Both the position numbers and the translations under genes were made by a program. A DNA stretch of 64,000 nt from NCBI GenBank assembly GCA_964276515.1, contig OZ193910.1, forward strand, positions 8,804,001-8,868,000. Direction: 5' to 3'. Below, piece by piece: positions 26,080-38,110 of the stretch (positions are counted from its first letter, which is position 1; each line of letters starts with the position of its first letter). The notes under the pieces were generated by a model, which saw only the letters and a program-made list of their open reading frames with translations, had not been told where the DNA came from and did not search any database. Origin of the DNA: Gordius albopunctatus (Eukaryota).

Positions 26080-27123
26080 CAGTGTTGTTAAGGTGTGCGC
26101 ACGTCAAGAGCGCGCACCGGATTTGCGGTGCGACGTGGTGGTGCGCGCACTTTTTTATAACGAAGAGCGAGTGCGGGTGCGCGCACTTGCGCTCCTGTTT
26201 TGCGCACATTAAGAGATTTACAATTTATTAATTTATTCGAAATTGTATTATATCGCATATTTCACTAATTAAATTTCTACTGATTTACTATATATAACAT
26301 ACATCTATGTTCCCGGTGATCGATAGACAATAAAAATAATCTAACCGCGATATTTCACATTATTCACGTATTTACTTTATCAACGATTAATCTTTACAGT
26401 TTTGAACTCGTCGCTTAATAAATAAACTATAGAAAAACAATAAAACGATTGAAGTTGAAGTTTAATAAGATTAGAAGTTTAAAAACACAGACAGGTAATT
26501 TTATTAAAGAATTATAATAGAATATTCAAATAATGATAATATATTTAATTCAGCGTTTTTTGGAATATTGTCATCTCCCGTTACTATCTTAATATTTCAA
26601 ACACTTTTAGACCTATCTTTACTATCGTAAGTTTAATCACATATAATGATCAAATTACAATTAATTTTCATTAAAATATTTTAAATTAGTTAATTAATTT
26701 TAATTATATATAACACTTTAATATGATAGTGAGTTATGGAAATAGAAGAATCAAGCATAAATGTAGCAAGCACATCATGCATGAAAATTTTTTTGATTTC
26801 CAAAATATGCTAATATGTTTAAACTTAAAGATAATCAGCATAATACACTTGATTTTGAGGTGCAATGTCTTTTATGCAATGCCAAACTCAAGACTTCTTC
26901 TAGATCTTGTTTCAATTTGACTAGGCATCTAAAGGTAATCTTGTTACTTATTTTTTATTTAATAATTAAGTAAATAAAAAATTTATAGAGATTTTGTTAT
27001 AGTACAATCAAATTGCAAGTGCGAGTGCGCGCACCTTTGTTAAAACTGGTGCGAGTGCGCGCACCGGATTTTCCTCAATGTGCAAGTGCGGCACCGGTTT
27101 TTGAAGTGCGTTTAACAACTCTG
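26080..27123. mobile_element. hAT-type MITE
   Basis: TIR CAGTGTTGTTAA / TTAACAACTCTG; 8-bp TSD GGCAAAAT (26072-26079, 27124-27131); GTGCGCGCAC subterminal motifs; inserted into an older GCGTAGC..GCTACG MITE. Confidence 0.9.
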
Positions 27124-27264
27124 GGCAAAATGAACATATTTCAAAATTTTAGCCATAATTTTAAGAAAATTTTAAATTTTGAGTGGGGGCGGGAAGCTAT
27201 CCTTACAGCTACGTATATGATGGCAAAATTCGCGATTTTAAAAGGACTTTGGCTCGAACAAAGA

Positions 27265-29636
27265 AACTCGGGCCTTCGGCCCTCGTGGGAAGGGGAGGGA
27301 AGGGGGAAGGGGAGGAGGGGAAGGAAGGGGGAACTCATCTACACTCCGTATAAATGTATCATATTTGCTATGCAATTTATGGAAATACTTACGTGAATAT
27401 TGCAAAACGAAGGTTGGAAGCACTAAATAAGTGTATATGCCAAATATCATAAAGGGGGAGAGAGGGAGCGAAGGGGAAGCTTTATGGTTAGTTAAATTCT
27501 ACGGGAGTTGTATTACCAAAAAGTCATAATAGCAATGGTAGGAACAGGAACAATCATAATAGTCAAAAAAAACGAAAAAAAAATTTTCGAATCACATTTT
27601 GGCCAAAGGTCATTTTTCCATTGGTCAGCAGCCAGGACACGATAAAAGTGGATATAAATTCATAATAGTCAAAAAAAACGAAAAAAAAGTTTTCGAATCA
27701 CATTTTGGCCAATGGTTATTTTATTCCATTGGTCAGCAGCCAGCGGACGGCCAAAAAGTCATAATAGCAATGGTAGGAACAGGAACAATCATAATAGTCA
27801 AAAAAAACGGAAAAAATAATTTCGATTCACATTTTGGCCAATGGTCATTTTTTTCCATTGGTCAGCAGCCAGGACACGGTAAAAGTGGATAAAAATTCAT
27901 AACAGTCAAAAAAAACGAAAAAAAATTTTCGAATCACATTTTGGCCAATGGTCATTTTATTCCATTGGTCAGCAGCCAGCGGACGGCCAAAAAGTCATAA
28001 TAGCAATGGTAGGAACAGGAACAATCATAATATTCAAAAAAAACGAAAAAATAAACTCGGATACACATTTTGGCCAATGGTCATTTTTTTCCATTGGTCA
28101 GCAGCCAGGACACGGTAAAAGTGGATATAAATTCATAACAGTAAAAAAAAACGAAAAAAAAGTTTTCGAATCACATTTTGGCCAATGGTCATTTTATTCC
28201 ATTGGTCAGCAGCCAGCGGACGGCCAAAAAGTCATAATAGCAATGGTAGGAACAGGAACAATCATAATAGTCAAAAAAACGGAAAAAATAATTTCGATTC
28301 ACATTTTGGCCAATGGTCATTTTTTTCCATTGGTCAGCAGCCAGGACACGGTAAAAGTGGATAAAAATTCATAACAGTCAAAAAAAAACGAAAAAAAATT
28401 TTCGAATCACATTTTGGCCAATGGTCATTTTATTCCATTGGTCAGCAGCCAGCGGACGGCCAAAAAGTCATAATAGCAATGGTAGGAACAGGAACAATCA
28501 TAATATTCAAAAAAAACGAAAAAATAAACTCGGATACACATTTTGGCCAATGGTCATTTTTTTCATTGGTCAGCAGCCAGCGGACAGCCAAAAAGTCTTA
28601 TTATCATTGATAGTAACAAGAACAATCATAAGAGTCAAAAAAAACTCCGGGATTCTAACCCAAAAACTAGATAAATTGCATAGCAATTATTAAAAAGTAT
28701 AGGGTAATTATCAATGTTAACCTATTCAAAAACGAACAAAAAATTTTGATTTATTTGGCCAATGGTAATTTTTTTCAATTATCAATGTTAACTTATTCAA
28801 AAAGGAAAAACGAAAAATTAGGATTTATTTGGCCAATGTTCATTTTTTCATTGGTCAGTAGCCAGTGGACGGTCAAAAAGTCATATTATCAATGGTATTA
28901 ACAAGAACAAAATATTAAATTAATTAAAAAAATAAAAATTTTGCCATCTCCGGGATTCGAACCCACATTAAATAGAGGCATAAGCCTTTGGAGGGGAACA
29001 GGGAACCATATAAATAGAGCCATAGGCCCTTGTAGGGGAGGGCATAGGGTAATTATCAATGTTAAACTATTCAAAAACGAAAAATTAAAAATTTCGATTT
29101 ATCTGGCAAGTGGTCATTTTTTCATTGGTCAGTAGCCTGCGGACGGTCAAAAATTCATATTATCAATGGTATTAACAAGAACAATATATTAATTTAATTT
29201 AAAAAAAAAAAAATTTTTGTCCTCTCCGGGTCTCGAACCATCAATTTAGAACGTTCGCCGGGATTCAAACCCACATTAAATAGAGGCATAAGCCTTTGGA
29301 GGGGAACAGGGAACCATATAAATAGAGCCATAGGCCCTTGTAGGGGACGGCATAGGGTAATTATCAATGTTAAACTATTCAAAAACAAAAAATTAAAAAT
29401 TTCGATTTATCTGGCCAGTGGTCATTTTTTCATTGGTCAGTAGCCTGCGGACGGTCAAAAAGTCATATTATCAATGGTATTAACAAGAAAAAAATATTAA
29501 TTTAATTTAAAAAAAAAAAATTTTGTCCTCTCCGGGTCTCGAACCCGCAACCTCCAGGTCGGGAAGCTGGTGTAAATAACTTGGTAGACGGACGGACAAC
29601 CAAAAACGAGCCCATAAATTGCATAGCAATTAAAAA
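27265..29636 (-). mobile_element. DINE-1/HINE-like element(s) with expanded central tandem repeats
   Basis: On the minus strand: T-run start, sub-TIR TTGCTATGCAATTTATGG (29612-29629), (GTCC)n at 29587-29597, central repeats, inverted sub-TIR (27365-27382), terminal hairpin GGGCC-GAA-GGCCC (27270-27282); no TSD. An extra internal sub-TIR at about 28671 suggests two joined copies. Confidence 0.75.
27516..28610. repeat. Hierarchical tandem array (about 118-bp monomer, 236-bp dimer, 472-bp higher-order unit)
   Basis: CCAAAAAGTCATAATAGCAATGG starts at about 27516, 27751, 27987, 28224 and 28460; diagnostic variants alternate every second dimer. Confidence 0.9.
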
Positions 29637-30368
29637 CTAAAAATATCGAACTTGGGTAGATAAAAAGTTAATTCGCAGGGCTTTAGGTACCATTGCATCC
29701 TGGTACTTAACAACGGAATTTATTAATTTAAAGACCAGACCAATAAAACAAAATTTTCTTTAATCTTAATTGTTTTAAAGAAATCATATAAACCACACAT
29801 AGATATTGTTAAAATTGATAGAGATAATTGACAAGGCATACAAGAATAAATAACATCAAAATACATTGTTTATTAAAACCAATTTCTTTCATATATTTAT
29901 TCAATATTATTTAGCACGCAGGTTGTCTAATAATTTACCCTTAGCAAAAGAAATTAATACTCAATTAAAAATTTTAAAACAAGCTTGCTCCCTTATATAG
30001 CTTAAATCGAGTATAATTTAAATATATAAGTAAATGACATATTTAAAATTAGGACTGAAAACAGAAACAGATTAAAACTAACCTTTATTAAAATAATTAA
30101 AAGATTTTCATAAAAAGCTGCGCACACTTAATGTAAATGTCTTGCAGGACTCTGTCCCATTTTTTTTAAAAAAAGATAGAGGTCTTGCAAAACATGTAAA
30201 TTTTTAATATTTTTCATTTGAATGGATCAATTTATTCATCAAATTTACTCACTATTGCATTTGCCCACCATAAATACTTTTATACTAATTTAAGATTTAT
30301 TAATGATCAGTAAATTTTAAACAGGTCTACAAATGGTAGCAATCATTGAAAATCAATTTTTGGAAAAT

Positions 30369-30440
30369 CTGTCATACATCAAACTTATGCATCTGATTAT
30401 TAAATTATCAGGTTAAACATAAATTTTCATAAACTGACAG
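30369..30440 (-). promoter_or_regulatory. Eukaryotic SECIS element (type II) in the SELENOT 3' UTR
   Basis: CUGUCA..AUGAA AAUUUAUGUUU AA CCUGAU..AUCAG AU GCAUAAGUU UGAUG..UGACAG: helix I, AUGA/GA core, helix II, apical AA 11 nt after the core, and a mini-stem. Confidence 0.9.
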
Positions 30441-30483
30441 TATCTTCTTATTTGATTAGGTTTGTACTCGCAATCAATAAAGC

Positions 30484-31159
30484 TTAATGCCACAGAACAA
30501 CATGATTATCAATAATTTGAAATAGCTCTGGTAAAGATGGCAGTCTATTACTATCCACTTTGGACCATATAGGTATATCTAGATATATTCAGAATAAGTG
30601 ACATTAATTTACCATTTAATAGTATTTCGAAGGCACCTGTTGATAAAAGTTGAGTTTCAATAGCATTGCCAATAAAAAATACCATGAGGCATGCATAGAC
30701 CTAGATAAAAAATAGAGATATATACTACTGATTTACCTTGTTATTAGTTGCCCATATATAAAACGGTGGAGTTTCGTAGTTGAAATATAAAAATGGATTA
30801 AGATTTCCAATAATAAATATAATTAGTAATAATTTAGAAGTTGATAATAATTGTGAGATTAGAACATATATATATGGTGGAGGGTAAATATCGCCCTGAA
30901 CAATAAGATGGGGATAATGTTGGTGTATTGAATGACTGAACTGTTCATACACTTTTCTATACCCTCAGGATGAGCTATAAAATTTAAAACAAATGTTTTT
31001 ATTTTACCAATATAGAATTTTTAAATAATTCAAATTTGGAATGTTGTTTTTTGATTTTTCTAAATCCAAATGTTCATGATTTTGTTTAAATCTTTCCTTT
31101 ACAAAATTAATTACAAGGTAGATTATGCAGAGGATTGCAAAATTCGAGAAAGTATTCAT
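30484..31159 (-). CDS. SELENOT: Selenoprotein T (thioredoxin-like, CxxU)
   Basis: Exons 31159-31008, 30974-30737, 30700-30613 and 30578-30484 give 190 aa: signal peptide MNTFSNFAILCIIYLVINF, LKILYC|SSUGYRKVYEQF..QGDIYPPP..NK|VYACLMVFFIGNAIETQLLSTGAFEI..|DIPIWSK..RLPSLPEL; TGA (Sec) at 30965-30967. Confidence 0.95.
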
Positions 31160-31543
31160 TTTAGAGACCTAATTCTAATTGTTACTTTCAATTCGAAGAC
31201 ATTAACTCGTCGAACATCATATTGCCTAGGAATCGTCAGGTGATTAAGGTATATCTTCAAGATTCAAGGTTTATTTTATACTTTAAATGGGATTTTATAA
31301 ACCAATTTCTTGACAAATTATTTTAGAAAAGTATGTAGTAGAGCTAATAAAAATTAGAGTTCATTTACCTCGAAGAATGATTGATAGGGAAACCCAGACG
31401 ATTAAGAGAAAAAAAATCACGTAATGAGAGCTACCTTGAATTATAATTTTATTGTTTCAACGGCACTTGCTTATATAATATACGCGTCTTTTGTATATAT
31501 TCTTATCGCAAAAAAATTAATTAATTACAAAATTCTCTAAAGT

Positions 31544-33600
31544 TGGTGATCCCAAATTTTCAACATAACAATTCTATAAATTAATTAGTTATAGCTCGCC
31601 TAAATGTTTATGTTAACATTTAATTCATTTATTAAAAAAATTTGTTTTTAATAAAAAATTTTACAGACAAACGGAAAATCAAAACAGCTATTCAGGTGAG
31701 AATACCCACGTTGCCCAAACCAGATGTTAGAATCTGGTTTGAGAATCTGGGTTGGCCAGGCAGGCGCCGTGTTCTAAACAAGAAAAATTGCCTCCAAAAA
31801 ATCAAAATTTGGATATATCAAAGAAGCTTTACCACCCAAAACGCTTAAGAAGTGGAGCACGTAACTATTAACATACCACCTCATCAACCAGTCCAAAAAC
31901 TCAAGATAGCACTTATTAAAAAGGTTATTAAGTCAGCCAAATCAAGATTAAAACAGTTCTAGTGGCGGTTGATATAGGAGATAGAACCCCGTCACAACTT
32001 TTAAGGTACATTAAGAGTTTATTATGAACATATTTTCTTAATCAAAAGGTTTTAAATTGGCTCGACAAATTACCATATAAACTCACTCCCATATTTGCTT
32101 CATTTACCGAGGATACTTCACTTGAAAAATTGCGGGAAACGGCATACCGCAGTGCTCTGCCCATAAAACCTAATTTAAAAAAGGCAGAGCTGACGAATAT
32201 CCTAAAGAACTCACAGATGTTTTATCCGCTATCAATAAAACATTAGAAAAATAGGTCAACCCCAGACAAGCATCCCATTTCAAATCACCTCTTAAATAGC
32301 TAAGAATGTTGGTACCGTAACACGTTTGGAGCAATTGCAAGAAAGTGTGTGCGACCGTGTTATTATGGACAAAGTTTAAAATGGCAGGCCAACCATTAAA
32401 GGTGATAGCTGGACCCGTCCAAGTAAACCATTAATGCCTTTTCTACATTTATGACAAAATACTAAGCGGACGGTATTTAATTGATACGCGAGTACAAATT
32501 AATATAATTCCTCTAACAACAAAAACTAAGGTGATTGTAAATAATTTTGTTTACAATCAGCAAATATGAGTGATATTAATACATACAGTCAAACTTCTTT
32601 AACCCTCCAATGTACTTATAGAAATCCCAACCCTAAAGTGATTTATGGGGTTTATAAAACCCTATTCTTAAAATGATCATAATTTTAAAACCATTAGAGT
32701 AACACTTCTCAAATTTTAAATATAAGTTTATTAAAGCCTCTTATAGGTTTGTAAAAAAAATAATTTAATTATAAATAGTAATTCTAAAATTATATGCAAT
32801 TTACCAAACACAAAGAAAATGAATAAAAATCAAAATGACATGTTTTATTTTTGTAATGGAGACCAAACAGTTAGTAGAAATATAAAAAGCAAATGTTTTT
32901 TATTAAAAGAAGGTTTGAATAATATAAAAAACATGCATTCATGATAAAATGATTATACAGCAAAAAAATAGAAGACTCTAAAAATGGTCATTTTTATCGC
33001 ATTTTTCGCTGCATTTTTCGCAAAATATTATAGTATGATCAACACAAACAGGGTTTTGACACATATTGCACGAAAATCTTGTTTTCTATAAACAAATATA
33101 ACTAGCGATATTGATCCAAATGTTATACACATGCTTAAATTACTATTTTTAAATTAAAAATAAAAAAAATTTTGATAAAAAAAACTTTCTTAATTGACCT
33201 TATAAGGTTTATAGGACCCCAAACGCCTATATCTCCAAGGGTATTGAGGTAAATCCTATGAAATTTTCAGGAAATATAGCTTTTGCATAATTATGAAAAC
33301 TCTAAAAAACCCAAATCTCTAAATCTAAAACTCTTTATGTGGTGTTAAATTATAACTTTCGTGGGGTTTCTTAGACCCCATAAGTACATTGGAGGGTTAA
33401 TATTTAATATAGGACTAAATAGAGAATTTAAGTGGTCTTTTCTTATAGCAGATGTTCATTTGAAATACTTTACCAGAACCTGCAAACAGTTTGCCGGTTG
33501 ATTTCAGAAGTCCATTATTTGTTGACCAGTGTAATTATTTACAAGTCCTAAGAGAGACATATTTATTACACAAGCTAATGCAAATATTAAAGATTTTTGC
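31544..33600 (+). mobile_element. Heavily decayed Ty3/Gypsy (CsRN1-like) gag-protease remnant
   Basis: PBS-like TGGTGATCCC at 31544; gag remnants (IGDRTPSQLLR); protease remnant YLIDT..; IGLNREFKWSFLIADV resumes after the piggyBac MITE and is homologous to ORF 19423. Confidence 0.65.
32603..33396 (-). mobile_element. piggyBac-family MITE
   Basis: TTAA TSDs (32599-32602, 33397-33400); TIR CCCTCCAATGTACTTAT / ATAAGTACATTGGAGGG; ends homologous, in reverse orientation, to the 38474-39960 element. Confidence 0.93.
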
Positions 33601-33859
33601 GGATATCAATTTAATATTAATAACTTGGGTGTGTAAAATATCCAATATTAAAAAATCTCATTAAAATTTAAATCCTGTAATAGAAATTAAATTGCTATAA
33701 ATGATGGCCAATGAATAAAATGTTAAGCAGAAATTTCGAATATAAAATCTAGCCTCGTCTCGTCTTGAGGTCAAAAATTTCGTTTCGTCTCGGTTTTTCG
33801 AGCGAGACTGGGAATTTTCTCGATTTTTCTGCATTACTATTTTTTTTGTCCTAAAGAAA

Positions 33860-35185
33860 TTTTCGATGTCTCCCTCTTCCTATGTTACTCCATGTGCGTT
33901 CGTTTCCCTTTTTAGTACATGCCCATCCCACCTTAGCCGATTTTTGTTAATCATGTTCGCCATAGGTTGTATACCCAATTTTGTCGTGAGAAAGTCATTC
34001 GTCATATGGTCGAACTTTGTATACACTAAGTACCCTCTATCTGTAGCTTATCATAGCTTTTCTTCCGTGGTGTTTAATGTCAATTTTTCACTTCCTTAGA
34101 GTAACACCGGTCTTACGATGGATTTTTAAGCTTTGTTCTTCAAACACGATAGAATTTTATTGTCGCAAATTACACCCGATATACTTCGCTATTTAAGCCA
34201 TCCTTTTTAAACTGGGCATTGACTTCTGTTGCCCAATCTCCCTCTTGATGTAGCATCGAGCTTAGGTATGTAAATCTGTCTACTTTTGGGTACCTTAGAT
34301 TGTCATCCAGCGATGGGGTGCCTGTTTAGTTCATTTCCGTGTATTTTTTTCGATCGTTAACCTTTAAATTATATTAAGCTATTTGACCACTTTTTGCTAC
34401 TTCGAATACTTTCTCCATTGTCTCAACGCAGAGTACTATATCATCGGCATATAGCATACACCATGGCAATGGCTTTTGCATTAGAGCAGATCATTGATGT
34501 AATCCAATTTCAACCCGAAAAGGTTTAGAATCTCCAACTGTCGTCTTAAAGCACGAATTTGAGGCTTCATAAATATTTTTATTAAGCCGTATATAAGCGT
34601 CAGGGATTTTTCTCAAGCACCAGGGATGTCTTAAGCTGTCTCCAAGTCGATAAAGACCATATGTAGGTCTTTCCTCTTTTCAACATATTAATCCATCATT
34701 TTTCTTAGTGCGAAGATTGTGTCGGATACAAATCTCCACCTCGTTTTTCATCTTTGTTACTAAGATCCTTTTCATACGCTTTAAAAAGTGGCAAGTTAGC
34801 CTGCCTCTAGATTTGTTACAATCCTGAGGGTCTCCCCATTGATTGAGAATTCGCTTCTCTACCAATGTCTTGTTAAAGGGGCTCCTAAACCTCAAGATTA
34901 CGACTCCTTCTTCACGCCATCCGAGGAATGTTTCCTTATGTAGGACCATTCGCTTTTCTTTTTTGCATCTTGTTCATTTGTGTGCTAACTTCATCCTCCT
35001 GAATAAGTTTGACCACCATTTGGCTCAATATAGGGAAGGGAATCTTTTTAACATTTTCATCATTTCCTTAGGCTTAAATAAGGTTTAACCCTTCTCGTTT
35101 TTGATTTTTTTTTAAGAACTTCGACATCGCGACTTTTCTTCTTCCTTATCTTGACCAATTTGTACATAAGCATACCGCCCCCTTT
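33860..35185 (-). mobile_element. Decayed RTE fragment
   Basis: Colinear similarity to the 14866-17950 RT region (PWCMLYADDIVL, FTYL, GVICD); many stops and indels. Confidence 0.85.
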
Positions 35186-35459
35186 TAATGTTCGTGCTAC
35201 CACTAAGCCCCCTGAGTTACCTTGGGAGGTGCAACACCTACTTATGACTAGTGATGGTGAAATAGCGTTTGATAGGCGTTAAAGCTATAGCAAATAGTCA
35301 CGCGGAGGCGCTACAGTTATAGCATATATTCGCGTGGAGGCGCTACAGTTATAGCACATAGTCACACGAGGGCCCTAGAGCTGTAGGAGATAGGAACACG
35401 AGGGCGCTAAAGCTGTAGGAGATAGGAACACGAGGGCGCTAGAGCTCTAGCGTGGCGCT

Positions 35460-35966
35460 ATCATTGTTGAGAGCAGGTGAAACTGGCGAAAAGCGCAACG
35501 CCCGGCTTGCCTCCCTTCGGAACCGAGCCTCCACGTCGAGAGCAGCTGAAAGTGGCGGAATGGTGGTGCTACTCTTGAATAACATATCCGTTTTAATCGT
35601 CCATTCTCCGTTGCTTTCTTCTATAGTTGTTACCGGTGTCGCGGCGCAAGCCATACCAGGTACCTTTCGTGTTATATTTTTTGCTACATCGAAATGCATA
35701 TTCCGGGAATAGTCCCGTATTGGAAACTACCATCAGTATTTATCTCTCCGATCCACTAAAATATTTTTACCCAGCTTCCACTCAAACGGCCCTCCGGGAA
35801 AAACTTTTTCTAGCCTAGGCCACGTTTTACCTCCTCGCCTTCCCCGCTAACGGACCGGTAAATTATTTCATATATGACCCCATTTTAGATAAGTCTTATT
35901 AATAGGTTATACTTATTTAACCACTTAAGGACTAAGCCAAAGCAACGCTTGGCCGGGCACAGCTAG
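35460..35966 (+). mobile_element. Non-autonomous Helitron fragment with 3' terminus
   Basis: RAGETGEKRNARLASLRNRASTSRAAES resembles the ETxEQRxARL repeats at the N-terminus of Helitron RepHel proteins; 3' end GCCAAAGCAACGCTTGGC hairpin + CGGGCACAGCTAG|T at 35966. Confidence 0.65.
35563..35692 (-). pseudogene. Fatty-acid-binding protein (FABP/iLBP) exon fragment
   Basis: DVAKNITRK..MACAATPVTTIEESNGEWTIKTDMLFKSS matches the FABP helix-2 to beta-B/C/D segment; the rest of the gene is absent. Confidence 0.65.
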
Positions 35967-35981
35967 TCTACTATAAAACAA

Positions 35982-36305
35982 TGATAACTCCTTTTTATTT
36001 TTATGCCTTTGAATATTTTTAATAGCTTTTTAAGTAAAAATTTACTTTATTTAATACTAAAGAAAAAGGGAAACGAAAAAGAGTTCGTAAGTTTTTTAAG
36101 AAGTGTTTTAAACTCCTTTATATAATCGCGGATTAATTGAATCAATCAATTAAATTTAGTGGTGTTTCCGCGAGGTATAAATAAATCAATTACATTTAGT
36201 GGTGAATCTGCGAGGTATATTCGATTGGTCAACTAGCGTCGCGAAGCTAAGGTCATGTAAATGAGTCAATTAACGTCGCGAAGTAGTAAGGTAATTGATT
36301 TAACA
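35982..36305 (-). mobile_element. LTR (same family as 44606-44990)
   Basis: TG..CA on the minus strand; near-identical core TTACCTTACTACTTCGCGACG..ATACCTCGCGG..CACCACTAA..TATATAAAG shared with 44606-44990. Confidence 0.7.
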
Positions 36306-36319
36306 ATACAGCTCCAATT

Positions 36320-37990
36320 TTAATTACATTATATTTTACCCAGCCATCGGCTATTATATGTCCTAAATAAGTAATTTCAGTTACCCCAAAAATTCATTTA
36401 TTCGCTGACACGGGTAAATTTTTATTTTTAATTAATGTTAAAACATTTATTAATCGTAACGTAAGTCATGCTCGGCCTGCGTTGAACCCGTTACTAAAAT
36501 TTCATCTTAATAGAAAAATATGCCATCTAAATTATTAAAAATAGAAGCCATCGCTCGTTGAAAAATTGGCGCGGGCATACTTAAACCAAAAGGTAATCGT
36601 TTAAAAGCAAATAAACCTCTATCGGTGTTTATTGTTAAAATCTTAGACGTCTTATCATCTACTCGTAATTGAAGGTAAGCATTCCTAAGATCTAATTTTG
36701 AAAAGAATTTAGAACCTTTTAAATTAGCTAAAACCATTTCTATTCTGGGTAGGGGGTATTTAACATCTATCACATGTTTATTAATAGTAATTCTGTAATC
36801 GGCGCACACCCTTATACTACCGTAATTTTTCTTAACTGGAACTAACGGGGTGGCCCATTCAGAATACTCTATTGGCTCGATAATATTATCTTTTAACCAA
36901 TTATCTATAACGTTATTGACCTTATCAACCCTCATAATAGGTATTCGACGGGCAGGACAAAATCGAGGAATTGCATCTGAGTTAATTTTTATCGAAAAAA
37001 TGTTATCATTCAAACAACCTAGTTCTTCACGAAAAATTTCTATAAATTTAGCTTTAATTTTATCAATGTTATAATGCCACAGTTTCCCAACGTACTGACA
37101 ATCACAATCAACCCGACCAGAGGTCGTAGGCTTATCAACAAAAACCCTTGCCCCTGAAACCGAGGCTGGCTCATTTACTGACTCCATTGCCTTATTAATA
37201 ACAACCAAGGTTTTATGCTCGTTTATAGATGCTACATTGAAACTTGCATGGTCATCAGCATTATTCATTAAACAATTGATTTTTATATTTCTATCACTAT
37301 TACACGTATAATTTTTACAAAAATCCCACCAATTAACTATAGGACCAATTAATTTTATCCAATTCCAACCCATAATATTATCTATTTTTCCATCGCTAAT
37401 AAATAACTCTAATTCCAAAACTTCCTCGCCTGCACATACTCGAACTTTAATACTCCGTATTGTTTAATAAAACATGACTTTTATTAATGTTTTTAAAAGG
37501 TCATAATTTTAAAAAGTTACATTTACTCAATACTGAGATTGAGGCCCCAGAGGCCAGAACCTACTAGGAATTTTATTTGCTTACCTTCAATGTTTAAATA
37601 AACTACTGGGGTTTGTGAAGAATTAAAAAAAAATTAATATAAACAATATTAGTGTTGTCTACGACAATCGAGCGTCAATTAAAGTTAAGCTTCCTGCGTG
37701 GCCCTATCCTCAAAATTACCGGGAATATTTTGATTACCATTATAAAATTGTCTATTACCGTAAAATCTCCTGTTCTCGCGACTGCGATCGATGTGTAAAG
37801 TGCGCCTTGTTGTTATTAAAGTTACGAATTAAATGAAAATTACGTCTTATATGGCCCAACTTATTACAACTATAGCATCGAGGGACCGAGGTCTTAACCC
37901 TGTAAATTTGTTCTACGCGATGCATTTTGATTAACATTATGATTACAATTATTATAAGTAATAAAAACATAAAACCATCCTTTCGTTTCT
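36320..37990 (-). mobile_element. Decayed Ty3/Gypsy gag-PR-RT fragment
   Basis: Zinc knuckle CYSCNKLGH; RT SEWATPLVPV..IRVCADYR..YPLP..FSKLDLRNAYLQ..RLPFG..PIFQ. Confidence 0.9.
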
Positions 37991-38110
37991 AACAAAATTA
38001 ATAAAATTAAACGAAGTATTTGGTAAAAACATGATAATAAAAAGATGATAAGTGCCGATCAAAAATAAAGAAATTAAATTCATAGCGTCGACATCAGCAA
38101 TTTAACTAAA

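Noticed and set aside
27516..28610. Regularly spaced palindromic repeats resembling a CRISPR array
   Set aside because: The intervening sequences are themselves repeated rather than unique spacers, there are no cas genes, and the context is eukaryotic. The ORFs at 27599, 28006 and 28421 are repeat artefacts.
30965..30967. In-frame TGA read as a pseudogene lesion or an alternative genetic code
   Set aside because: It sits at the conserved CxxU position with a SECIS downstream, and TGA terminates SSRP1 and RFC1.
31370..31450. Hydrophobic minus-strand frame as a SELENOT first exon
   Set aside because: It has no ATG and the wrong splice phase; ATG 31159 already gives an open signal peptide.
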